Source of the DNA: a virus
Direction: 5' to 3' (one strand)
Length of the DNA: 64,000 nucleotides
Virus record (IMG/VR): IMGVR_UViG_3300037088_000682
Coordinates: 7,489 to 71,488 of that record
This document shows positions 10,637 through 21,179 of this stretch, piece by piece. The notes beneath the pieces are model-generated. The model was not told where the DNA came from and searched no databases. It was given only the letters and a program-made list of their open reading frames with translations. Position numbers and translations under genes: made by a program. Within the stretch, counting starts at the first letter, position 1. The number at the start of each line of letters is the position of its first letter.

Positions 10637-11470
10637 AGTTAGATCTTGCTGGTAGGTGTGAGGTTGAACTTCTCCGCCAACTCCGCCGCGACAATCTCAT
10701 CGGTCGTGTTGAAGGAACCGGTCAAGAGAGAATGATAGGCAAGGTAGCCCATCCGGAGTGAGTTCTTAGACTGAGATGGGATCCCTTCGATTACATCGAG
10801 CGTAGCCACTCGGGCCATTCCAAACCCACAACGAAACTCATTTTCGTCAATGGGATCTGGTTTTACAGTGTCGATGTTTGATTGCATTGGGCACCCCTCT
10901 TCGGACGCTATCCTTATTACGGACAACGCGAGAGGATCTCAACTATTATTTCCGGGTTGGCGTTGGTTTCTCCACGGACTGATGTCCTGGAAGGGCCAAA
11001 GGGGCACCGCTTGCTCCTTATTCCCAATGATCTCCGCTAGGATGCAGGCATCCTCTGAGAAGAATTCGTGTACAATCCTGTGAAACTTAGTGTTATCGGG
11101 ACGTTGGAAGAAAATCTTGAAGGTTCTGATTCTCATGTGACTGCTTTCGAGTAGGCCGATATGAATCTGGAGTAGACAAATCCGTCTGAGGATTCGATAA
11201 GGAGCAGCCGTTGACCTACAACCAGCTCAGGGTACTTTTTGACATCCTCTTCAGTGATGGTCAGGGTGAATACCCCGTCCTCAGCGCTATCTGAGAATCC
11301 CTTGTTGGCCCGACCCCATAAGTAGGGGACATAGTCGGGCTCATCTTGGAACTTTCCTGGTCTGTCAATCATTTCTGGCTCCTACCTAACTATTACGAAT
11401 AAGGAACCCTTTTCTCAACATTTTTCTAATCTTACCGGTGTCATTGACTTCTGAGGTCAACGACAATATC

Positions 11471-12058
11471 ATGCCTGAAGAAGAGACACCCTCCGAGCCG
11501 CCGGCATCCAAAGCTTTCAAGTGGGTTACTCAGATCCTATCGGCTAGAGGTTTCATTCTTGGAGTAGCAGCTATTCTAACCGCAGCCGCTTCTTGGTTCA
11601 AGGCTCCCGATACCACGGCCACCAAGGCCACTTACGAGGTAATTGTAAGTAAAGTCAACGAAGTAGCGAAGGCTACCGAAAGTAACCACGATGACATAGC
11701 TGCACTTCGAGCTTACCTGGACGGATACACTAAGGCTGAATTGATTAATCCGCCGCCCCCTGTCACCCAACCAGGGCCGCAGCTGCCCACGGTACAAACC
11801 CCAGGGGTAGTAGACTTGAAGAAAAAGGATAGTTCAACCCCTGATTACTTCGCTAAAGCCATTAAGGCCTCCCGTGCCCACCACGCGGCCGTTGGGAGCC
11901 AACCAGCCGAAACCTCATATCAAATGCCACCCGAGCCGAAAGCTATGGAAGATGTTGCTGTAGTTCATGAACTCCCTAGCCTATCACCACGCCCGGCCGC
12001 AGCCGAGCTACCCCCGTTTGACCAAGTCGTTCAAGAATCAAGCAAGAAGAAAAACTAG
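11471..12058 (+). CDS. membrane-anchored proline-rich protein
   Basis: TM segment FILGVAAILTAAASWF followed by a coiled coil and a Pro-rich tail. Confidence 0.6.
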   Translation: MPEEETPSEPPASKAFKWVTQILSARGFILGVAAILTAAASWFKAPDTTATKATYEVIVSKVNEVAKATESNHDDIAALRAYLDGYTKAELINPPPPVTQPGPQLPTVQTPGVVDLKKKDSSTPDYFAKAIKASRAHHAAVGSQPAETSYQMPPEPKAMEDVAVVHELPSLSPRPAAAELPPFDQVVQESSKKKN

Positions 12059-12063
12059 GAGCA

Positions 12064-12303
12064 GTGACTATGGCTAGCATAGACGAAGAGGAAGACACCC
12101 TCCCTGAGGTTGGCGATACAGTTACCCTGAATGTCTCTGAGGGCCCGGAGATGGTGGTCTCGAAGATAACAACTGCTGATGGGGTCACCGAATGCACCTG
12201 CATTTGGTTCGAAGACCAGCGGCAAGGTGATACCCCGAGTTCGAGTTGGGTACTCAAGAAGGAAGTGTTCCCGATCGAAGTCTTGAACGTCTCTGAGAAC
12301 TAA
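12064..12303 (+). CDS. YodC/DUF2158-like small protein
   Basis: VGDTVTL...GPEMVV...CIWF...FP...L pattern. Confidence 0.6.
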   Translation: MTMASIDEEEDTLPEVGDTVTLNVSEGPEMVVSKITTADGVTECTCIWFEDQRQGDTPSSSWVLKKEVFPIEVLNVSEN

Positions 12304-12617
12304 GGCTTCCAGCCATTAGCGATGGTCGAGCGCGGTAGACTCAAACGGTCTTGGTACACGCGAGGTCGGGTTCTCAAAGAGAAGGATCTAAAAGAGGGCC
12401 TTGTCATCTGGGCGTACTTACAGCTCTACGAGAATGCCCAACCCACAATCAACAGGCCGGTGGATCTTCGAATGCACCACAAGCCCTCCGGACACTTCTG
12501 GATGCTCGGGGATGCCGAGTACGACTATGAGCCCATCGGCGATCCCGAAGAGGACTGCTGCATTGAGTTCCCCGAGGGCACCCTCACACTCTACGAGGCA
12601 GTGACTAAGCCGAAGCC

Positions 12618-13100
12618 CTAGCCAACCTCATTCCTTCTTGGGGAAAGGGAGATTTGGCTGCTCCGGGACGTAGGTGCCCAAAGAGTTAATAGGTTTTCAG
12701 TTATATGGTAATTGAGCTTTAGTTTTGCCAGCTTCCGTTCGGTCTCCTTGACCCATCCAAGCCTCAATGCCGATTCTCTCTTGAGCTCATCGGTGATGCG
12801 CTCAAGCATATTGTATACGGCTATCGAGTAGATTTGACCGACGCCCACAACAATCTTGGATTCTCCTTCAGTGTGGTTCCAATACTTCAATGTTATCGAC
12901 CAGGACTCTGGGTTCCGAATACGTTTGGTTATCAGTTCCGGGTAGTGATCCCCTCGCTCATCGTAATTTGAAAACTCATGAACTTGGCGGGTCAGCACCT
13001 CCAGAACCCGATAGATGACCTCCACTGTGGATTCAGCGCCTGGCAGAGTATCCTTGAACAAACCCCAGTACTCTTCGATATCCATCTCTTCCGACGCCAT
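12618..13100 (-). CDS. hypothetical protein, N-terminal IEEYW motif
   Basis: 160-aa ORF; GGTGTA-10nt-ATG upstream. Confidence 0.65.
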   Translation of the reverse strand: MASEEMDIEEYWGLFKDTLPGAESTVEVIYRVLEVLTRQVHEFSNYDERGDHYPELITKRIRNPESWSITLKYWNHTEGESKIVVGVGQIYSIAVYNMLERITDELKRESALRLGWVKETERKLAKLKLNYHITENLLTLWAPTSRSSQISLSPRRNEVG

Positions 13101-13828
13101 GCCCGACTATTACACCGCGAACGCGCCCCCTTGAATTGTGGTGGGTAAGGTGGGTATACTCAGAACCTCATGAAAGTTCCGACTAACCCTGACTCATTGG
13201 CTGAACACCTCAGGTACCGAACGGCTTTGACCCAATACAAGTCGGCCAAGGGGTTATTTAGAGCCGCTAGAAAGGAGCTCCGAGCTTCAAGGATCGCGGT
13301 GATGCGCCGGAAGAGGTCTGAGAGGAACCTCCCTCCTAAGAAAAATGTTGAGATTCAGATTCCTTGTCCGTAATACTCAATATGGCAGGTTCTACGTCTC
13401 CGACAATCCCTCCTGAAACTAGCGGGTACTTTCCACTATGTCAGGAACGGCCTACCGATCCCCCATCATTGACCGAGGGGATCATAGCTCGAATTGAAGC
13501 AATCCGAGTTCGGCAACTCAAGATTGAAGAGTCTTTTTACGAGGAGTTCAATTCGCTACACTTGGAGAATACCTGACATGGATATGGAGTTGGTACTCTT
13601 AGTGTGGGACAACCCCAAGCCAATTCGAGCGGCGGCCCGAATTCTAAAAGTCAGACCAGATAGGGTCTCGGTTCATGTTGCCACACTGGATGGATCGATC
13701 TTTCGAGCAATTTTCATTGATGATCACCTTCAGAATAGCAAAGAATCCAAGCGAGCCTTGCAATTGGTTCAATGGTCACCCCTTCAAATCCCCAGACGCT
13801 ACCACCTTCAGAAATGTTCTAGGTAATT

Positions 13829-14143
13829 ATGGACGCTGTTAAGTTACTCATTGAGATGCAGGCCCCTGAAATCCCCTGTGTGATTACAGTGAGGAGAGAC
13901 CCTAAGAAGTACTCGCTCACCAGCCACCATGAGCTGGAAGTCCTCTGGGAAAACCCAGATCTGATGGGTCTCAAGTTCGATTGGATTGAGTGTCCAGAAG
14001 AGGATCTTCGAAAATGGGCAGCCCAATGCTTCGCCGCCGAAGGGATCGAGTCCTTCTTGGTTCCGAGCAAGGACTTGGTCGCACTCCAAATGACTTGCCC
14101 CAATCTAACTGCCATCTGGATTCTATCCACGGTAATGAATTAG
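13829..14143 (+). CDS. hypothetical protein
   Basis: 104-aa ORF in a plus-strand run. Confidence 0.55.
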   Translation: MDAVKLLIEMQAPEIPCVITVRRDPKKYSLTSHHELEVLWENPDLMGLKFDWIECPEEDLRKWAAQCFAAEGIESFLVPSKDLVALQMTCPNLTAIWILSTVMN

Positions 14144-14150
14144 AGGACGC

Positions 14151-14537
14151 GTGGCCGACAGGGTTGATGCCGTAACCGCCGTAGTCAAGGCCATCTTGAA
14201 GGGGCTTGTGGTTCAAACCAAGTTCTTTTCAGTAGATATGGAAAAGGTAGTACATTGGACTGATGTTGGGGGCGAGATCCTTATCCAGGATTACGATACT
14301 TTTGACCTGGCCGTGTTCTTCGTGGATATGGTAGGCTCCAAATACCCTAAAATAGCCCTGAGGGCTGCAAGGAAATCCTTGAGTGGAACAGCCATACACT
14401 TCAAACGGCCTGCAATCCTGCACCATTCAGATCCTCATGAGTTGTTCGAAGATTTGATAGCTCCCGATCTGCCCACGGTAGAGAGATCCTCATCTGAACC
14501 CCCAACGTTGAGATCAAACCCTAACACTGAATTATGA
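14151..14537 (+). CDS. hypothetical protein
   Basis: GAGG ribosome-binding site; ATGA overlap with the next gene. Confidence 0.55.
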   Translation: MADRVDAVTAVVKAILKGLVVQTKFFSVDMEKVVHWTDVGGEILIQDYDTFDLAVFFVDMVGSKYPKIALRAARKSLSGTAIHFKRPAILHHSDPHELFEDLIAPDLPTVERSSSEPPTLRSNPNTEL

Positions 14538-15103
14538 GAACCTACCTCTCAATCGACATTGACTTTTGGAATAACCTGGAAGCGGCCGAACGAGTTCTCA
14601 CTAAGTTACTGCTCCGGCGCGGGGACATCCCTACTATTGCTGTGATGAACCATCAGCAGTTGCTGCCGATGGTTAACGAGTCCAACGCGGATGTCCTAGT
14701 CAATATCGATGAACACTCAGATCTGTGCGATACGAGCGTATCCAGATTTGAGTGTGGTAGTTGGGTCTCTTACGTCAAATGGAGGAAGAACGGTAAGTAT
14801 GTCTGGTTGCGAAATAACCATGGGACTGCCAAAGGAAACTGTAACCATGATGCTTCCGGGTGGGATAGTGGTACCGATTGGTTGGTAACCAAGAGCTACT
14901 TCAGAGGACAGTGGACTGACCTGTGTAAGTACCTTCCAGACTGCGTTGGAATCGGCCTATGCATGAGCCCGTCCTTCTCTGTCTGCGGCGCCCCAGAGCT
15001 GTTCAGGATGCTTGTGAAGGCATTTGATCTCCCATACAAGCGCGGACGATCCAAAGAATGGTTCAATTGCACTAGACGCCCCCCGGGCATTCAAGCAGCA
15101 TAG
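14534..15103 (+). CDS. UPF0489/arginase-deacetylase-fold metal-binding protein
   Basis: YLSIDIDFW, NHQ and NIDEHSDL motifs. Confidence 0.5.
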   Translation: MRTYLSIDIDFWNNLEAAERVLTKLLLRRGDIPTIAVMNHQQLLPMVNESNADVLVNIDEHSDLCDTSVSRFECGSWVSYVKWRKNGKYVWLRNNHGTAKGNCNHDASGWDSGTDWLVTKSYFRGQWTDLCKYLPDCVGIGLCMSPSFSVCGAPELFRMLVKAFDLPYKRGRSKEWFNCTRRPPGIQAA

Positions 15104-15113
15104 GAGTACAGTT

Positions 15114-15233
15114 ATGATAAGAAATTCATTGAAGCGCGGCCTCACCCTTGTGGAGTTGATGGTTATCGTAGCAGCGATATCTCTAGTCGGAGCCGGTATT
15201 GTGGCGTTAGGGACTCGCTTCGGTTGGTTCTAG
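15114..15233 (+). CDS. 39-aa type IV prepilin-like peptide
   Basis: AGGAG ribosome-binding site; MIRNSLKRG/LTLVELMVIVAAISLVGAGIVALG matches a class III signal peptide with Glu at +5. Confidence 0.6.
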   Translation: MIRNSLKRGLTLVELMVIVAAISLVGAGIVALGTRFGWF

Positions 15234-15787
15234 TACTCCTGATACCCTGGAGAAGGCGGTGGGGCTTCAATGTTTGGTTGTGGGGTGATCGTCATGAGAA
15301 CCACGGCCACAGCCTCTTCCAAGGGTAGGGTCACTTTAGTGCCGTTCTCCAGGTCAACCCAATAGAGACCCTCGGGGTTCTTCCTCAACATGAAGCCGTT
15401 CTGTATCATCCCGACAACCCCAGATCGGTCAATGTGGGAGCCACCGATAATACCATCCCCCCTAAGATCTCTGACGTGGAGACCAGCCTCTCGAAGCTTT
15501 TCGATGGCCCGCTCGTGGGTCATTGGACTTAACTCAACGTTCTTGATGAGGAAGTCCACCGCTTCTTCAAGGGCCATGTGACGCTTCATATCCCTTTGGC
15601 AATCGGCAACCAACCCCACATCATAGATTTCGTTCCCGAGGGGTATGAGCACGAAAGCGTTCCGAACCATCGTGATGGAGTCGACAACTTCCCGCCACCC
15701 GCCGCCAAAGAAGGATCCGTTTTCCCCTAGATCCTTGACGTACAGGCCGGCCCCTCGAAGTTTTCCCACCGCTTCTTCTGGTGTCAT
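15230..15787 (-). CDS. hypothetical protein with two tandem homologous domains
   Basis: MTPEEAVGKLRGAGLYVKDL...LEEAV vs MTHERAIEKLREAGLHVRDL...LEEAV; GGTGTA-9nt-ATG. Confidence 0.65.
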   Translation of the reverse strand: MTPEEAVGKLRGAGLYVKDLGENGSFFGGGWREVVDSITMVRNAFVLIPLGNEIYDVGLVADCQRDMKRHMALEEAVDFLIKNVELSPMTHERAIEKLREAGLHVRDLRGDGIIGGSHIDRSGVVGMIQNGFMLRKNPEGLYWVDLENGTKVTLPLEEAVAVVLMTITPQPNIEAPPPSPGYQEY

Positions 15788-15824
15788 CTTGCTTAATACA
15801 CCAGACTCGGTGTATAGGTCACCC

Positions 15825-16523
15825 ATGCCTCAACCTCACGAATATATCACTTTCGCCCTTGATGTCCCCGATGCGCAGCAGGCCGAGAAGTTCGTCACAA
15901 CCCTCGACCCATATGTGGGTGCATTCAAGGTAGGGCTGGAACTTTTCGTGAAGACTGGACGACTCTTCAGCGAGCTCACCAAGAAATCGATCATCCTCGA
16001 CCTCAAGCTCCACGATATCCCGGAGACGGTTGAGCGTGCGGTCAAGACCGGTGGTGACCGGGGCGCCAAGTATATGACGCTTCACGCCCAGCAGAGGCAG
16101 ACTCTGGAAAAAGCCGCCATGGCCGCGGAGCCCTTTGGAATGACCCTCCTGATGGTCACTGTTTTGACCTCAATTGGTGAGGGTGATTACCGAGACCTTG
16201 ATTACAACCCGAACATGAACCTCTTGGGTAGAGTCAGTCTGTTAACCAAGCTGGGTTATGACTCTGGGATCCGTGGCTTCGTGTGTTCACCCAGAGAAGT
16301 TGGAGCGTTGAAGAAGATGCGTCCAGACACCTTCTATCTTGTTCCTGGAGTACGCTCTGCAGGAGCTGATGTTGGTGATCAGAAACGCGTGGGCACCCCA
16401 GCACAGGCGGTCATTGACGGAGCCAACCTTGTGGTGGTGGGTCGACAGATCCGTGATGCTGCTGACCCCATTGAAGCCGCCAAGGCAATAGCTGAAGAGA
16501 TTCGAGTCGGGGTTAATTCGTAG
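15825..16523 (+). CDS. pyrF: orotidine-5'-phosphate decarboxylase
   Basis: FALD, FKVGLELF, DLKLHDIPETV, VTVLTS, VPGVR, DQKRV, VVGRQI; start refined to ATG 15825. Confidence 0.95.
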   Translation: MPQPHEYITFALDVPDAQQAEKFVTTLDPYVGAFKVGLELFVKTGRLFSELTKKSIILDLKLHDIPETVERAVKTGGDRGAKYMTLHAQQRQTLEKAAMAAEPFGMTLLMVTVLTSIGEGDYRDLDYNPNMNLLGRVSLLTKLGYDSGIRGFVCSPREVGALKKMRPDTFYLVPGVRSAGADVGDQKRVGTPAQAVIDGANLVVVGRQIRDAADPIEAAKAIAEEIRVGVNS

Positions 16524-16897
16524 TATCGTCCAAGAGCCTCGCCAAGATCTGATGACTCTTCACGAGTAGATCGTTGGTCATCTCAGCTTTTGGTACTTGG
16601 CGGTATACTCGGGAAACTAGGAAACCTAGCGAGGACTTCCCTCGTCGATAGAGGACTACTGCAAACCGATTCTCTTCGTCATTGAGGGTTTGGCGACAGA
16701 GCTCCTCTAGCTCCGAGTCAGTCACGCAAGAGCCTCTCGCACTTGCTTTCGAATACACTCCTCAACGGTATTACCGTCTTCAGGTATCCTCCAAAAAGAT
16801 GGGAACCCGGTGTTGTTCCACAGTAGGTACCCAGCTGAATCATCATCAAGCTGCTTGCCTAACTTGGATGCCTCATCCTTTACAATTTCGAGAGCGG

Positions 16898-17539
16898 TCA
16901 TACTCTTTCATCTACACCGAGAACCCAGGGTACATAACCATCAGTGAACTCAACTGCTGGATTGGGGGTTCTAACATCAGGGGAGCCTTCACATCTGGTA
17001 AAAACGTAGTTCACGAACTTCCAAAAGTAGAGGTGAAACTGTCTTTCACCCCATTGGACAGTCAACATGCCCGGCTCATGCTTCACAACATCCAGGATGG
17101 TTCCAGCTGGAATGGTGACCATTTCACGCCTAAACGTCCCAGCTAACCGACGTTCCTCATCCTGATTGATGATAAATTCAGATTCGTTTTTTAGCATCCG
17201 AACTTGACGCCCTACTGACTTGGAGAATGCTTCGTCTAGCTCAATAGTCCTACGCCACTTCGGACACATTGCTTCAACCATGGCGTACACTTGAGCAATA
17301 GCATCAGCCCTATCCGTAGTGAAGGTTTCCACTAGATTGAAGCAGCTACTCTCGTGTTGAACCAACGGGTAATCCTTGGCCGGAGTCACATCGATTTTGA
17401 TAGTGATCCTAAGAGAATCATCGTCCCATTCCTTGAACCCATTACCCAGGTTTTCCTCTAAGTGGTAGGAGTAAAGCTTCCTCTTGAGAGGTGTGACCAG
17501 GTCACGAATTCGTTGCCTGGCCTCACTAATATCAGACAT
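16898..17539 (-). CDS. hypothetical protein
   Basis: 213-aa ORF. Confidence 0.6.
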   Translation of the reverse strand: MSDISEARQRIRDLVTPLKRKLYSYHLEENLGNGFKEWDDDSLRITIKIDVTPAKDYPLVQHESSCFNLVETFTTDRADAIAQVYAMVEAMCPKWRRTIELDEAFSKSVGRQVRMLKNESEFIINQDEERRLAGTFRREMVTIPAGTILDVVKHEPGMLTVQWGERQFHLYFWKFVNYVFTRCEGSPDVRTPNPAVEFTDGYVPWVLGVDERV

Positions 17540-18257
17540 TTAGCACCCACAGGCTATGCAGTCGTTTCACTTCGACTAGGACGGGCTTGAAAGCAAGATC
17601 TAGCTCTTTCCGGCGCAAAGTTGTGACTAAGAGGATTCGTTCTTCAGCTGTTATGTTAGGTACCCTACACCCCTTATCGTACCCTGGAATTAGACTAACC
17701 TTGCGTTTAATCACTTTCTGAGCTTCAGGACGAAGATGGTAGTCCTGTGTACCGCGAGCCTTTACCATAAGCCCTGAATAGAGCTCCCAGCAGAGTACTG
17801 GGTTAGCCTTTGCAGCGGGATGCCGGTACAACCCATACTCATCGAACCACCATTCCAATAAATCTGGGTTCGATGGTTTTTCTAGAAGTATTGGCCATTG
17901 ATCAAAGTCTGAATTGAGGTACGGGACTGGAATCTTGAACTTCAACCTCTCGTTTGATTCCATGTTGTTGCAAACCAAGCGTCTTTTCCCAACTTGGATA
18001 GCGGCCCAGCGAAGGACAGTCTTGTAATATGGACGAGTTACCCTATCCAATATCGCCCAACAAGACCCGTGATCGAAGCCAATCTTGTAAGGCTCACTTG
18101 AAACATAACTAAGATTAGTTGTTACATCACTGACGTAGCGTGCCTTCAGGGGCTTGCCGATAACCACGTCCCAGTGCCGGAAGTTTTCCTTGAGGAAGGC
18201 CAGCATCCGCTTCTTGGCTTCTTTACTCTCACAGGTGACGCTAAATGATCCGCCCAT
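17532..18257 (-). CDS. hypothetical protein
   Basis: ORF 17532..18287; likely ATG at 18257. Confidence 0.6.
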   Translation of the reverse strand: MGGSFSVTCESKEAKKRMLAFLKENFRHWDVVIGKPLKARYVSDVTTNLSYVSSEPYKIGFDHGSCWAILDRVTRPYYKTVLRWAAIQVGKRRLVCNNMESNERLKFKIPVPYLNSDFDQWPILLEKPSNPDLLEWWFDEYGLYRHPAAKANPVLCWELYSGLMVKARGTQDYHLRPEAQKVIKRKVSLIPGYDKGCRVPNITAEERILLVTTLRRKELDLAFKPVLVEVKRLHSLWVLNV

Positions 18258-18490
18258 ATTGGCTTCCGGTGTACCTGAATACACCATGGAAAGTCAAGAA
18301 CTGGCTAAGATTGTTGAGAAGGCCAAATCGATTGTCGGAATCCGCGAGATGCTTCGGACTGGCCAAGATGAAGAAGGGAACCGGCCCTCCGCCATGGCCT
18401 ATGAGGTTTTGAAGCATACAGAGGCTGAACTTGGAAAGTTGGCCGCGGAATGGATTGCCACGCATAGTCGTCTTGTACTGGATTCTTGAT

Positions 18491-18910
18491 ATGCCTGATC
18501 TAGTTGTCACCGTCCCCAAAGCCATCTGGGCCTTTTGGGTAGGCGAGGGGGATGCCGCTGAGGAGCCCGAGAGCGGCGAGGAGTGGGCCTTCTTCGTGGG
18601 TGGGGCTAAGCCCAATATTGAAGCCGGGGAACGTCTCTACATCGTCTCCTGGGGCAAGCTGAGGGGTTATTCTCCGGTGACCCGGGTCATCCAACGAGAA
18701 AAGAAGGGCTGGGGCATCTGCCGGCGCGGCGGGGCCGTAGCCTGTACCATTGACGAGGCGATCCCTGGATTCCGTGGGTACCGTAAGCGGTGGTGGGCAA
18801 AGACGGCAGAGACCCCCTTCCCAAAGTGGCGAACTCAGGGGGTAGACCAAAGACAACTTGAGATCTTGTTCAAGGCGGAGAAGGCTACTAATCGAGACTC
18901 AAGGTTTTGA
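18491..18910 (+). CDS. ASCH/PUA-like domain protein (tentative)
   Basis: DLVVTVPK...GERLYIV...GKLRGY...IPGFRGYR resembles the ASCH fold. Confidence 0.4.
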   Translation: MPDLVVTVPKAIWAFWVGEGDAAEEPESGEEWAFFVGGAKPNIEAGERLYIVSWGKLRGYSPVTRVIQREKKGWGICRRGGAVACTIDEAIPGFRGYRKRWWAKTAETPFPKWRTQGVDQRQLEILFKAEKATNRDSRF

Positions 18911-19108
18911 TTGGCGGGTAGTTGGTATCGATCTTCACGTACTGGCGTAGCTTTCGGTCATACTTGAGTCGAACGTAGTACATGTCCTTGTAGGCGAGCA
19001 AGGCATCCCATACCTTGGACACTACCCTTGTGTACCCGGTGACAGTGAATACCGATGGCCCGATCTTCGTAGGACGAGCTTCAATTCGCTCTCTCGCCAT
19101 GGTCGACT

Positions 19109-19468
19109 TCAGAGAGGATAGTCATCTCTGAGGACTCGGGCAAGTCTAGAATCTGGTTTGGGATCTTCAGCTGGTACCCTTTCTTGAATTCGCTCCTCTA
19201 ACGCACCACTAAGTTGATGGTCTATAACTGAAGACTCTATTTTCTCTACCTCTTCACGAGCCCTCGCCAGAGTTGCTAACCGTTCAAGACGTACTTCGAG
19301 ACCCCTCTCAAAGAGAACCAGTTTGATGGTGATTAGCAACCCAAGGAGTAGAACCAATCCAGCACTTACGAATACCATCCAGGAGAGGGCTCTATGAGCC
19401 CTAAAGAGTATCATGACTAGACATAAGAGGACTCCCGACATCGGGAAAAGAATCTTGAGGTATCTCAC
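19109..19468 (-). CDS. two-TM membrane protein, C-terminal tag variant SRLARVLRDDYPL
   Basis: Two hydrophobic helices; Pro-rich linker precedes the tag. Confidence 0.6.
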   Translation of the reverse strand: MRYLKILFPMSGVLLCLVMILFRAHRALSWMVFVSAGLVLLLGLLITIKLVLFERGLEVRLERLATLARAREEVEKIESSVIDHQLSGALEERIQERVPAEDPKPDSRLARVLRDDYPL

Positions 19469-19763
19469 AGCACTGTCTCCTGTCTATTTCTTGTCCTTTT
19501 CAGACAAGTAGACGTCACCGGCTGGGGTTCTCTTGTAATTGGGGTTGCAAGGCAAGTGCGTGACTTCCTTCACTTCAAAGGCCAATCCGAGGTTTTGTAA
19601 AACTTTGATTGGCTTATACTCAGGGGCTGTCCGCCTAGGGAGCTCTCTGAGAAGTTTTAGTTGAGGGCCCGAGAGCCTAATCTTCTTAGATTCAGCCATA
19701 CTTTCTATTACGCGTGAGGAAGCCAGATCTCAATCAAAAAAGTCTTTTTGGTGTAATCCTGGT

Positions 19764-20297
19764 ATGAGCTACAACCGAGTTTACCTTGCGGGCCCGGACG
19801 TATTTTACCCGGATGCCGCCGACCGAGCAGCCAGATTGAAGGAGATGTGCCGTAAGCGCGGTCTGGAAGGCGTATTCCCCTTAGACTCGAGTCTTGTACT
19901 CCTTGATCCACTTGAACAAGAAGAGAACGGGTTCCGAATATACAGTGCCAACTTGAAGCTCATCGAAAGTTGCTGGTCTACACTCGCCAATATGTCCCCC
20001 TTCCGAGGCCCTTCAATGGATGTTGGTACTGGGTTTGAGATGGGGTATAGCCGTGCCCTGAATATGATTGTTGTCGGGTACACCAACTCCAAGACAGAAT
20101 ACAAGACTCGAGTCCAGGAAGATGGCCTCCTCATTGAGAACTTTGGGATGGTTGACAACTTGATGGTTCATGGGGCTGCCTGTGGAGATATTTTTGAAGA
20201 TCCTGAAGAAGCTATCGAATACTTAGCCAGACTATTCAATGATGGTGAGCCCACTCAGCCGATCAAGAAAGAGGGTGAGGAAACTACCGCGGTGTAA
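19764..20297 (+). CDS. nucleoside 2-deoxyribosyltransferase / nucleotide N-glycosidase family protein
   Basis: VYLAGPDVF, DVGTGFEMGYSRAL and DNLMV motifs. Confidence 0.85.
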   Translation: MSYNRVYLAGPDVFYPDAADRAARLKEMCRKRGLEGVFPLDSSLVLLDPLEQEENGFRIYSANLKLIESCWSTLANMSPFRGPSMDVGTGFEMGYSRALNMIVVGYTNSKTEYKTRVQEDGLLIENFGMVDNLMVHGAACGDIFEDPEEAIEYLARLFNDGEPTQPIKKEGEETTAV

Positions 20298-20305
20298 CCA
20301 CCGAG

Positions 20306-20938
20306 ATGCCTCGATACGGTGACTGGTCTCAGACCCTAACAGGTCGAAAGTTCTACATGTTCGACCCACATCCCGATGACATTGTCATCGAAGATATCGC
20401 TGGGTCAGAAGCAAAGATCTGTCGGTTTGCAGGTCATTCACTTGTGTTCTACAGTGTAGCCCAACATTCTGTCATTGGAAGCTACATTCTTGAGCAAAGA
20501 ACTAGGAACTTACTGCTGGCATTTGGGTTTCTACTCCACGATTCAGGTGAGCCGTACATCGGCGATATGACTCGTCCCCTAAAGAGAATGCCTGAGATGG
20601 CTCCCTATCGAGCTGTTGACAGCAACCTCAACCAAGTTATCGGTAAGAAATGGGGTGTTGACTTGGAACACCCGCTCATCAAAGACATGGACGATGAGAT
20701 GTTGGCCACGGAGAGAAAGCTCTTCATGGTGCCGGTAGAGGGTTGGCACTTGAGGTCGAAGCCACTCGATATCAAGATCAAGCCTTGGACTTGGCAAAAG
20801 GCCGAAAGAATGTATCTTGCTCGTTATCACGAGTTGTGCCTTCGCTTGGATGGAGTTCCCAAGTTGGCCACAACTGTGCTAAAGCATACGAGGTTGCTCA
20901 ACCTAGCTAGCAAGGCATTCTCCTCAAGGGCCGAATAA
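20306..20938 (+). CDS. HD-domain deoxynucleotide phosphohydrolase (YfbR/YfdR-like)
   Basis: IEDIA...CRFAGH...YSVAQHS...LLHD..E.YIGD...PLK. Confidence 0.85.
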   Translation: MPRYGDWSQTLTGRKFYMFDPHPDDIVIEDIAGSEAKICRFAGHSLVFYSVAQHSVIGSYILEQRTRNLLLAFGFLLHDSGEPYIGDMTRPLKRMPEMAPYRAVDSNLNQVIGKKWGVDLEHPLIKDMDDEMLATERKLFMVPVEGWHLRSKPLDIKIKPWTWQKAERMYLARYHELCLRLDGVPKLATTVLKHTRLLNLASKAFSSRAE

Positions 20939-21179
20939 TGTCCAAGAAACCTGTAGAAGAGCGAGCCCACAAGCAAGAGGTTCTGGCGGGTACGCGTGAT
21001 GCTTACCAAACCGGCTACCCTCACATCGACCTCCAGATGGGCTTGGACGAGGCTTGGAAGCTTGCCGTGGAGCTCGACCCCTGCCTGCCTTCAGTACACC
21101 CTAAGAACCTTCCTGAGAGCGTCAAGAGAGCCCTAGTCGGCCTGGCCCGCTGTGTGACCGAACTGAGATATGAGTGGTC

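Noticed and set aside
15645-15824. 60-aa N-terminal extension of PyrF in the ORF track
   Set aside because: It overlaps the divergent gene; the promoter-like element and homology pattern point to ATG 15825.
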